Source: Minisyncoccota bacterium
GTDB lineage: Bacteria; Patescibacteriota; Microgenomatia; PFEM01; JAFGMK01
Assembly: GCA_016927565.1 (NCBI GenBank)
Contig: JAFGMK010000013.1
Span: forward strand, 8,796-72,795
Reading direction: 5' to 3'
Length of the DNA stretch: 64,000 nt
The notes beneath the pieces were generated by a model. That model was not told the origin of the DNA, searched no databases, and saw only the letters and a program-made list of their open reading frames with translations. Made by a program: the position numbers and the translations under genes. Positions 10,097-17,928 of this stretch are shown here, in pieces (within the stretch, counting starts at the first letter, position 1; each line of letters opens with the position of its first letter).

Positions 10097-10139
10097 AAGA
10101 TAAGTTATAATGGGCATTAGTTTATGAAAAAAACAATCA
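10097..10139 (+). repeat. copy 2 of the duplicated promoter/leader repeat; supplies the -10 box and the ATG of the methyltransferase gene
   Basis: Same sequence as 7645-7687. The ATG at 10124 begins the 272-aa ORF. Confidence 0.7.
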
Positions 10140-10942
10140 AAACTTGTTATCAAGATCGAGCCCAGGACGAATGGCGACGACTCATTAAGGATAATTTCCA
10201 TCGTTTGGAATTTAAGACAACCCTTCACTTTCTAAAAAAATATTTGCCTAAGGAAGGTCTTATTCTTGATGCTGGCGGGGGGCCAGGCCGCTACACGATA
10301 GAACTTGCCAAACAGGGCTATGAAGTTGTCTTGCTTGATTTAACTCCTAAGCTCTTGAGGATTGCCAAGAAAAAAATTAAAAAAGCAAAGGTGGAAGATA
10401 AGGTTACGGATATTGTTGAGGGTTCGATTGTTGATCTGTCAAAATTCCCAGATAATAGTTTTGAGGCCGTTCTTTGTCTTGGCGGACCCCTGTCTCATGT
10501 CGAAGGTGAAAAAAAGCGTCAGAAAGCGGTTTCTGAATTAATCAGAGTGGCTAAAAAAGGGGCGCCAATTTTTGTATCGGTCATGGGAAGGCTAGGGCTT
10601 CTGATCGAAACGCCAATGTATTGGCCTGATGAGATTAAGCCTCGAGAACACTTTCGTTCTCTTTGGCAAGCAGGTGATGATCAAGCTTGGCGATGGGAAT
10701 ACTATTGCCACTTCTTCTTACCGGAAGAGTTAAAAAAGCTTTTTGCCTCAACTGGGAAAACCGAAATCGTCGATTGTGTTGGTCTTGAAGGTCTGGCTCA
10801 TGCGAAAAGAAAGATTAGCCAGTTGGCTTCTGGTTCACCTCAAGCTTGGAGAAATTGGCAGGAGGCTCACCTGGAGCTTTGTACCCATCCGGCTGTATTT
10901 GCGACGAGCAATCATATGATGATAATTTTGAAAAAAAAGTAA
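10124..10942 (+). CDS. class I SAM-dependent methyltransferase
   Basis: Motif I ILDAGGGPGRYTIELA with an acidic residue after beta2 (VVLLDLT). Confidence 0.75.
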   Translation: MKKTIKTCYQDRAQDEWRRLIKDNFHRLEFKTTLHFLKKYLPKEGLILDAGGGPGRYTIELAKQGYEVVLLDLTPKLLRIAKKKIKKAKVEDKVTDIVEGSIVDLSKFPDNSFEAVLCLGGPLSHVEGEKKRQKAVSELIRVAKKGAPIFVSVMGRLGLLIETPMYWPDEIKPREHFRSLWQAGDDQAWRWEYYCHFFLPEELKKLFASTGKTEIVDCVGLEGLAHAKRKISQLASGSPQAWRNWQEAHLELCTHPAVFATSNHMMIILKKK

Positions 10943-10961
10943 ACAAGTTGTCTTATTAAAA

Positions 10962-11432
10962 ATGAAAGTTAAAACTTTTTTACAGTATAAACATCAGCAA
11001 CAAGCTTACAAGATTTTTAAGTCTTATCCGAATCTTTTTACTAAAGCGGAGTTGAAAATTTTAAGGGAGGATTTAAAAACCGGTGACAATAAAAGCCACT
11101 TTAAGTTTGTGGCGGTGGACAAGGAGCAAGTAGTCGGTTTCATTAGCTTAGCTACTTGTTACGCTACCGACTATAGTTGGCAGGTTAACTGGCTTGCTGT
11201 TCATCCTGATTTTCAGCGTCTAGGAGTCGGCAGGTTGCTAATAAACTTTCTATTCCAAAAGGCTAAAAAACTAGGGTTAAAAAGGCTTTTTGTTGAAACC
11301 TGTAGTTGTCAGGGTGAAAAGCCAGCTAGATTGTTTTATCAGAAGCATGGCTTTAAAAAGATTGCCAGGTTGCCAGACTTTTATGCTAGGAAACATTCGA
11401 AGGTGATTTATTTAAAAAATATTGTAGAGTAA
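10962..11432 (+). CDS. GNAT family N-acetyltransferase
   Basis: Motif A FQRLGVGRLLINFLFQKA; length 156 aa. Confidence 0.75.
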   Translation: MKVKTFLQYKHQQQAYKIFKSYPNLFTKAELKILREDLKTGDNKSHFKFVAVDKEQVVGFISLATCYATDYSWQVNWLAVHPDFQRLGVGRLLINFLFQKAKKLGLKRLFVETCSCQGEKPARLFYQKHGFKKIARLPDFYARKHSKVIYLKNIVE

Positions 11433-11433
11433 G

Positions 11434-12015
11434 ATGAAAATTAAAGAACCGGCTTCTAAACAACCAATTCCACCTCATGCTAAAAGAGTTTTTAAGGGTA
11501 AGATATTTGATGTTTACCACTGGGAACAAAAATTATTTGATGGTTCCACGGCTACTTTTGAGAAAATAAAAAGACAAGATACAGTTAATGTTTTCCCAGT
11601 TACAAAGGAGGGTAAAATTATTCTTAGCCAGCAGAGACAGCCCGGCGGAAAGGGTTTTATCGGTTGTTTGGGAGGTAGAATTGACAAGGGCGAAACTCCG
11701 CTTGAGACAGCCAAAAGAGAGCTTCTAGAAGAGGCTGGTTTAAAAGCCAAGACGTGGCTTCTTTGGGACGCAAGACATCTTTTAGGTAAAATTGATTGGG
11801 CAATTTATACTTTTGTGGCTAAGGATTTAAAAAAGGTCGGTAAAATTCAATCTGATGCTGGCGAGAAAATAAAATTGATTCAAGTTTCTTTTGAACAGTT
11901 TTTAAAAACTGTCACCAGAGATAATTACCGAGATATAGAGATTGCTTTGATGCTTCTTAAAGCTAAAGAAGATCCAAAGAAGCTTAGCAAGATAAAAGAA
12001 CTGTTATTGAAATAA
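11434..12015 (+). CDS. NUDIX hydrolase
   Basis: Perfect Nudix box GGRIDKGETPLETAKRELLEEAGL (GX5EX7REUXEEXGU). Confidence 0.85.
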   Translation: MKIKEPASKQPIPPHAKRVFKGKIFDVYHWEQKLFDGSTATFEKIKRQDTVNVFPVTKEGKIILSQQRQPGGKGFIGCLGGRIDKGETPLETAKRELLEEAGLKAKTWLLWDARHLLGKIDWAIYTFVAKDLKKVGKIQSDAGEKIKLIQVSFEQFLKTVTRDNYRDIEIALMLLKAKEDPKKLSKIKELLLK

Positions 12016-12030
12016 GTAGAATAGTAATAA

Positions 12031-13047
12031 ATGAAGATTAATATTGATAAGCCAAAGATCTCTGAGCTAGGTGTACTCTTAGACTTGTGGCGGGGTCAGT
12101 ATGATTACCATCATGGTCTTGATGCTGAGTATTATGTGGCTAATTCTCTGGTTCTTGATAAGAAGTTTAGAGTCTATCTTGAAAAAGCAATAAACAAAAA
12201 TGATCCTTTTATACTGGCCGCTTACGAGGGAGGCAAGCTTGTTGGTTTTATTACTTTTGAAATTTCCAAAGCCGACTACTTCGACACTAAAATTAAAAGG
12301 TACGGTGAGGTGATTGAGCTTTTTGTTGATAAGGCTTATCGAGGTAAAGGAATTGGCAAAAAGCTAATGCGAGCGACCGAGGATTTTTTCAAAAGCAAGT
12401 CAATTTCTTATATCAAACTCCAATGCTCAACCTTTAATAAAAAGGCGATTGGTTTTTACCAGCACCTGAGTTATATTAACCGCCAAGTTTTTATGTTTAA
12501 AAGAATCGTGTCTGAGATGACATCGGAATATGTTGTTGATTTATATATGGACTTAGAGGGCCAAGGAGTTAAGATTTGGTTAGATGGTGGTTGGGGAGTT
12601 GATGCCCTACTTGGTAAACAAACCCGACCTCACGAGGATGTTGATATTGTTATCCAAAAAAAGAATCTTGGCAAACTCCGGAAATTCTTGGAAGAGAGAG
12701 GATATCATGATGTAGAAAGACCAGACACTAAGCCCCACAACTTTGTTTTAGGCGATGATGAGGGCCATTTGTTTGATATCCACGTTATTGTTATTGATTC
12801 CAAAGGCGATGGGATTTATGGCCCGCCCGAAAAGGGTGAGAAGTATCCGGCTGACTCTTTAACTGGGAAGGGGACAATTAGTGGTCAAGCAGTAAGGTGT
12901 ATTTCAGCCAAGCGAATGGTCGAGTTTCATACTGGCTATGACCCCAGAGAAACTGATTATAAGGATGTTGCTGCTTTGTGCAAGAAGTTTGGGATAAAAT
13001 TACCTAAGGTGTATGTCCATTTTAAAAAGAAGCAGGAGAAAAGATGA
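12031..13047 (+). CDS. two-domain protein: N-terminal GNAT acetyltransferase fused to a C-terminal ANT(2'')/AadB-like nucleotidyltransferase
   Basis: N-terminal GNAT motif A YRGKGIGKKLM. The C-terminal IWLDGGWGVDALLGKQTRPHEDVDIV ... GQAVRCISAKRMVEF aligns by eye with AadB LWIGGGWAIDARLGRVTRKHDDIDL ... GRPVRCNSWEAII. Confidence 0.7.
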   Translation: MKINIDKPKISELGVLLDLWRGQYDYHHGLDAEYYVANSLVLDKKFRVYLEKAINKNDPFILAAYEGGKLVGFITFEISKADYFDTKIKRYGEVIELFVDKAYRGKGIGKKLMRATEDFFKSKSISYIKLQCSTFNKKAIGFYQHLSYINRQVFMFKRIVSEMTSEYVVDLYMDLEGQGVKIWLDGGWGVDALLGKQTRPHEDVDIVIQKKNLGKLRKFLEERGYHDVERPDTKPHNFVLGDDEGHLFDIHVIVIDSKGDGIYGPPEKGEKYPADSLTGKGTISGQAVRCISAKRMVEFHTGYDPRETDYKDVAALCKKFGIKLPKVYVHFKKKQEKR

Positions 13048-13877
13048 AGAAGGTTTTGATCCTTGGAGCTAATGGTTATTTAGGAGCGCGTCTTTATTAC
13101 GATCTTCGGGGAAATTTTAAGGCTTACGGAACTTATCACCGGGAGCAGTTTTGTAAGGATTTTATTCATTTGGACATTACCGTTCAGGATGAGCTTTCTG
13201 AGGTGTTTAGAAAATATAATCCTGATTTCATTGTTCATGCTGCTAATTATCCTAGTCCCAGGTATGCGGTAGGTAACGAAGAGGGGTATAAAAAGCTAAA
13301 TCTTACGGCGACTCGGCTTATAGTTAATACTGCTAATAAAATTGGTGCTAGGGTCGTTTTTATCTCTACATTAGCTCCTTCCATTCTAAAGAATATCTAT
13401 GGCCAGTTGAAGCTGGAATCTGAGGCTGTAGTTAAAAAGGTTGAGGCGGGCTATTTGGTTATTCGTCCTTGCCTGATCTTGGGTTTTAGCCCAAATACGA
13501 CTAATGGTCGGCCCTTCAATCGGATTCTGAAGCATCTTGATAATAAGACCACGGCTGAGTTTGATACCTCTTGGAAATTTCGGCCGACTTATGTTGGCCA
13601 TGTTTCTGAGGTAATAGGGACTTGCATTGAAAAGAACATTTTCAATAAAACCCTTTCTGTTTTTTGTGATTCATTGCAGACCCAATATTCAACTGCCCGG
13701 GACATTTTAAAACCCTTTGGAGTAGTGGTTAAGCCCATTGATAAGGGAGTTGATATTCCGATAGCTGAGGCGGATGAGGCAGAGCTTGAAAATTTGGGCT
13801 TGCCTACCATTAGCTATGAAGAGATGATAGCCAAAATCCATTGGGAGATTAAAAATAGAGGGGAGTTTGTATTATGA
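13044..13877 (+). CDS. NAD-dependent epimerase/dehydratase (SDR) family protein, RmlD-like
   Basis: Rossmann motif ILGANGYLGARL and a catalytic YxxxK (YGQLK). Overlaps the neighbouring genes by 4 bp at both ends. Confidence 0.65.
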   Translation: MKKVLILGANGYLGARLYYDLRGNFKAYGTYHREQFCKDFIHLDITVQDELSEVFRKYNPDFIVHAANYPSPRYAVGNEEGYKKLNLTATRLIVNTANKIGARVVFISTLAPSILKNIYGQLKLESEAVVKKVEAGYLVIRPCLILGFSPNTTNGRPFNRILKHLDNKTTAEFDTSWKFRPTYVGHVSEVIGTCIEKNIFNKTLSVFCDSLQTQYSTARDILKPFGVVVKPIDKGVDIPIAEADEAELENLGLPTISYEEMIAKIHWEIKNRGEFVL

Positions 13878-14506
13878 AATTATTTTTGGCAGCCGAAGCA
13901 AAAAATCCAGCTAGTATTAGAAAGCTTAGAAAGTTTATTGGTGGTAGTTTTAAGGGAAAAAAGATAGCCTATGTTCCCACTGCCTCAAATGGGGAATATT
14001 ATGGTGCCTGGAAAGGCGGAGAATCAATCAAGAAAGCAATGTCTTTGGGTGCTGACTTAAAGATTGTTCAGCTTGAGGACGCCTGTTACCGAGATGTTAT
14101 TAAGCCAATTAGAGAGGCTAATATTTTGTGGATGGCAGGTGGAATGTCTGGCTATCTTCTTTACTGGATAAGGCGAGTAAAGTTGGATAAGGCGCTTCCG
14201 GGTATTCTTGAGAAGGGAACAATCTACGTGGGATCAAGTGCGGGGAGCATGATTTGTGCCAAAACTCAATACTCATCCGAGTGGTACCTGGGCGAGCCAG
14301 AGCCAGGCGCGAGCCTGGTTTCTGGATTAGGCTTGATTGATTTTGAAATCTATCCTCATTACGAAGAAAAGCTGTTGCCTAAGATTAAGAAGCTTTGGAA
14401 AAGTGGTGAGTTATACCTTTTGAAGAACGGTGAAGTAATTACTGTTGTTAATGAAAAGATTGAGGTTTTAGGGAAGAGGAGAGTGATAAGAAAAGAGGAG
14501 AAATGA
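13874..14506 (+). CDS. peptidase S51 (PepE/cyanophycinase-like)
   Basis: ILWMAGGMSGY and the nucleophile elbow VGSSAGSM. Confidence 0.6.
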   Translation: MKLFLAAEAKNPASIRKLRKFIGGSFKGKKIAYVPTASNGEYYGAWKGGESIKKAMSLGADLKIVQLEDACYRDVIKPIREANILWMAGGMSGYLLYWIRRVKLDKALPGILEKGTIYVGSSAGSMICAKTQYSSEWYLGEPEPGASLVSGLGLIDFEIYPHYEEKLLPKIKKLWKSGELYLLKNGEVITVVNEKIEVLGKRRVIRKEEK

Positions 14507-14666
14507 TAACTACTAAAGCAATTAAAATAATCAGGGATTTTGTAAGAGAAAAGGGGACGGTTCTCAAATAGGCACGGAATTAGTGATTTTTAATGATTTT
14601 TATTTTCGGGGTGGATCTCTATCTGTAGCTTGGGATAAGCGGCGACTATGGTAAAATAGCCTCACT

Positions 14667-15728
14667 ATGGCATCATTACAGGTGGGGATAGTTGGGCTCC
14701 CGAATGCCGGGAAATCTACTCTTTTTAATGCCTTGCTTAAAAAGCAGGTAGCGGATACAACCAACTATCCCTTTTGTACGATTGAGCCGAACAAGGGGAT
14801 AGTAGAAGTGCCGGACGGGCGGTTGCCGGTATTGGCGGAAATTGTCAGAACCCAAAAAATTATTCCGGCGGTAGTGGAATTTATTGATATCGCCGGTCTG
14901 GTTAGAGGAGCTCATCAAGGTGAGGGTTTGGGCAACCAATTTCTGGCCCAAATTCGGGAAGTGGCGGTTATTTCTCAAGTAGTCCGCCTTTTCAAAAATC
15001 CGGATGTAGCCCATGTTGAAAAGAGGTTGAATCCGAAGGCTGATGTGGAAATTGTCAATAGTGAACTTATTTTGGCTGATTTACAGACTCTAATGAAGCA
15101 GAAAGAGCCGCGGATTTCAACCGATAAGGAAGCTCTTTTCCGCTGGCAGGCAATTCAAAAATTAAAAAGGCATCTTGATCAAGGGCTGTTGGCAAGAGAG
15201 GTGTCTTTAACACCGGCCGAGAGGGAATTAACTAAGGATTTGTGTCTATTAACAGCTAAGCCAATGATATATGTGGCTAACGTCGGTGAAGATAATTTGG
15301 CCGGGGCAGTAGTTGATTTTGATTATCAACCAGTAATTAAACTCTCGGCAAAATTGGAGGAGTCTCTGATTTTACTGCCTAAAAAAGAGCAACTTGACTA
15401 TTTAGCCGAGTACGGGCTGTCAGAGGCGGGGTTGTCGAGGTTAATCAAGACTGCCTATGAAACTTTGGGGCTGATTTCTTTCTTAACCGCCGGGGAAAAA
15501 GAAGTTAGGGCATGGACAATCAGGAAAGGAATGCGGGCTCAAGAGGCAGCAGGGGTGATTCACACTGATTTCGCCCAAAAATTTATCAAGGCGGAAGTGA
15601 TTTCTTTTGAAGATTTTGTTCAGGATGGTGGTTGGGCTAATTGCCGATCTTTGGGCAAGGTTCGGCTTGAAGGACGGGATTATCAAATCAAAGATGGGGA
15701 AGTGGTGGATTTTAAGATTGGAGCTTAA
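14667..15728 (+). CDS. ychF: ribosome-binding ATPase YchF
   Basis: G1 GIVGLPNAGKSTLFNAL, a C-terminal TGS domain and length about 353 aa. Confidence 0.9.
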   Translation: MASLQVGIVGLPNAGKSTLFNALLKKQVADTTNYPFCTIEPNKGIVEVPDGRLPVLAEIVRTQKIIPAVVEFIDIAGLVRGAHQGEGLGNQFLAQIREVAVISQVVRLFKNPDVAHVEKRLNPKADVEIVNSELILADLQTLMKQKEPRISTDKEALFRWQAIQKLKRHLDQGLLAREVSLTPAERELTKDLCLLTAKPMIYVANVGEDNLAGAVVDFDYQPVIKLSAKLEESLILLPKKEQLDYLAEYGLSEAGLSRLIKTAYETLGLISFLTAGEKEVRAWTIRKGMRAQEAAGVIHTDFAQKFIKAEVISFEDFVQDGGWANCRSLGKVRLEGRDYQIKDGEVVDFKIGA

Positions 15729-15771
15729 AAATTTTTTTGATTTGAGACTGTTGAATAAAAATTTTTTCCCC

Positions 15772-15846
15772 GTCATTCTGAACAAAGCGAAAGATTCCCC
15801 TCGGCAGAGATTATTACCCCCCCCGCCTTTGGCGGGTCAGAATGAC
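15772..15846. promoter_or_regulatory. nested inverted repeats (gtcattctg ... cagaatgac enclosing cccgcc-ttt-ggcggg) in the ychF-rpsF spacer
   Basis: Seen directly in the sequence. An outer 9-bp inverted repeat is separated by 57 nt, with an inner 6-bp tight hairpin. Confidence 0.35.
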
Positions 15847-15927
15847 AATGGATCAAGACGTTATTCAGCCGTCTCTTTTGATTTAAGGCTTGTTTCTTAA
15901 TTATACCTTTGCTATACTCTTTTTCAT

Positions 15928-16209
15928 ATGCGCGACTACGAGCTGGTTTTAATTACCAAAACCAAAACAGAAGCTGAAAACGAGGCGGTTCTCAAGTCAG
16001 TGAAAGAACTGATTTTGTCTTTTAAAGGAAAGGTTAATAAAACTAGTCCTTGGGGCAAGCGTGATTTGGTTTATCCGATTAAACAACAACGTTCCGGTTA
16101 TTATTTTCTTCTTCAGATAAAGCTTTCTCCGGAAAGTATAAAGGAATTTGAAAAAAAATTAAAACTTAACGAAAATGTTATCCGCTATTTATTAATCACC
16201 CGAGGATAG
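15928..16209 (+). CDS. rpsF: 30S ribosomal protein S6
   Basis: MRDYELVLI... N-terminus, about 93 aa, immediately upstream of ssb and rpsR. Confidence 0.85.
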   Translation: MRDYELVLITKTKTEAENEAVLKSVKELILSFKGKVNKTSPWGKRDLVYPIKQQRSGYYFLLQIKLSPESIKEFEKKLKLNENVIRYLLITRG

Positions 16210-16219
16210 GAGGTTTAAG

Positions 16220-16789
16220 ATGGCATCCCGATCTCTGAATAAAGTTTGTTTGATTGGCAATTTAACTCGCGATCCGGAATTGCGTTACACTCCCCAGGGA
16301 ACGGCGGTTTGTACGCTTGGTTTGGCAACTAACCGTTCTTGGGCAACCGAGGGCGGAGAAAGAAAAGAAGAAACCGAATTCCACCGTTTAGTAGCCTGGA
16401 ATAAATTAGCCGAAATTTGTTCTCAATTTCTGGCTAAGGGCCGCCGGATTTATGCGGAAGGAAGATTGCAGACCAGACAATGGACGGCTCAGGATGGTTC
16501 GCCCCGGCAGACAACTGAAATAATCCTTTCTGAGATGATTATTCTCGACAGTCGGAGACAGGAAGATTTTGCTGGTAGTTCGGTTGAGACTGAACCGGTT
16601 GGCGATGCTGCCGATTCATCCGGAACTGGTTCAGCTAAGACTGATGATCAGTCCCTGCCGGCTGACAATGACAGCAATGACGATAAAACCAAAAAAGCCG
16701 CTTTGACCCATCCTAAGAAGGCGGTTTCAAAAAAAGCTGAAAAGAAGGACGAAGCTGCCGAGATCAGCGAGGACGAAATTCCTTTTTAA
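16220..16789 (+). CDS. ssb: single-stranded DNA-binding protein
   Basis: OB-fold N-terminus (GNLTRDPELRYTPQG ... FHRLVAWNKLAE), an acidic tail and terminal DEIPF. Confidence 0.9.
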   Translation: MASRSLNKVCLIGNLTRDPELRYTPQGTAVCTLGLATNRSWATEGGERKEETEFHRLVAWNKLAEICSQFLAKGRRIYAEGRLQTRQWTAQDGSPRQTTEIILSEMIILDSRRQEDFAGSSVETEPVGDAADSSGTGSAKTDDQSLPADNDSNDDKTKKAALTHPKKAVSKKAEKKDEAAEISEDEIPF

Positions 16790-16806
16790 AAAAAAGTTTT
16801 TTAGTT

Positions 16807-17070
16807 ATGCCTCGAAAGCCAAGCAAAGCCAAGAGTTCAAAAAGTAAGATTCCTTTGCCGGCCGAACAGGAATGCTTTTTTTGCAAAAATAAAACCAGGC
16901 TCGATTTCAAAGAAATGGAAACACTGGCGCGATTTTTATCCGACCGGGGCAAAATCCTGCCTCGGTCAAGAAGCGGAGTCTGTGCCAAACATCAACGGGG
17001 ATTGGTTCTTCAGATTAAGCGGGCTCGATATTTGAGCCTTCTTCCCTATCTGGCTAAGGTTAAGGGGTAG
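16807..17070 (+). CDS. rpsR: 30S ribosomal protein S18
   Basis: CFFCKNK ... LARFLSDRGKILPRSRSGVCAKHQR motif. Confidence 0.85.
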   Translation: MPRKPSKAKSSKSKIPLPAEQECFFCKNKTRLDFKEMETLARFLSDRGKILPRSRSGVCAKHQRGLVLQIKRARYLSLLPYLAKVKG

Positions 17071-17110
17071 TCAAAAAGCGTATTCGGGTGGTAAGATAGG
17101 TTAGCTTTTC

Positions 17111-17920
17111 ATGGAAAATAAAAAGGGATTACTCGAGAATACTTCTTATCAATTAATTGTCGATTTATTGGGCGAGCCGGTTTCTTTAGTTAAAAAGGGT
17201 GACATGGTTTCCCGTGATGAGTTATTAATAAAGATTAAAAAGCCGGTTGATAACGAGATTGATTTGGCTGCCGAGTTGGGAATCAAGCCGCATCGGGCAA
17301 TGAGGTTTTTGAATAAGGAATTGGGCGAATCAGTTGTGCGGGAGGAGATAATTGCTCAAAGGGGCTCTTTTTTGTCAAGCAGGAAAGTTCTGTCGCCGGC
17401 AACAGGAGAATTGGCATCTCTGGATGAGACCGGTATCTTGGTAGTCCGCACCTTTATTAAAAAGGAAATCCGGGCGCCGATTGCCGGCCGGGTGAGCCTG
17501 CTTTCAGCTAAGAAACTGGGGATTACCTTTCCCTGTTTGAAACTGAAAGGAACTTGGGGAACAGGGGTCAGAATTGGCGGAAATTTGGCTCTAATTGAAG
17601 CTGATTCAGCTAAAGAAAGCGCTTTTCAAGTCCGAGGTGATTTTTCAGATAAGGTTTTAATCATCCAGGGACAACTTTCAAGAACTTTCTGGTTTAAAGC
17701 GGCCAGTCTCGGACTTTTGGGTTTAGTTTGTCCTTCGGCCGGAGAAAGCGTTTCCAAAAAATTCTTGCTGTCTCGAAATCAAATTCATCCTTCCTTGCTG
17801 GTAATTGGTCAGGAAAAATTTGACAAAAAAATTTGGGAAGATCTGAAAAAATATGAGGGTAGGGAAGTTTTAATTAATCCGGCTAAGGCAGAATTAATTA
17901 TTCCATTATCAGCTCGATAG
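17111..17920 (+). CDS. hypothetical protein
   Basis: 269-aa ORF with no recognised motif. Co-directional with the neighbouring genes. Confidence 0.5.
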   Translation: MENKKGLLENTSYQLIVDLLGEPVSLVKKGDMVSRDELLIKIKKPVDNEIDLAAELGIKPHRAMRFLNKELGESVVREEIIAQRGSFLSSRKVLSPATGELASLDETGILVVRTFIKKEIRAPIAGRVSLLSAKKLGITFPCLKLKGTWGTGVRIGGNLALIEADSAKESAFQVRGDFSDKVLIIQGQLSRTFWFKAASLGLLGLVCPSAGESVSKKFLLSRNQIHPSLLVIGQEKFDKKIWEDLKKYEGREVLINPAKAELIIPLSAR

Positions 17921-17928
17921 CTAATTTT

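Noticed and set aside
15607-15900. 97-aa ORF downstream of ychF.
   Set aside because: It overlaps the ychF 3' end and the inverted-repeat-rich spacer. It is Pro/Leu-rich and lacks an RBS.
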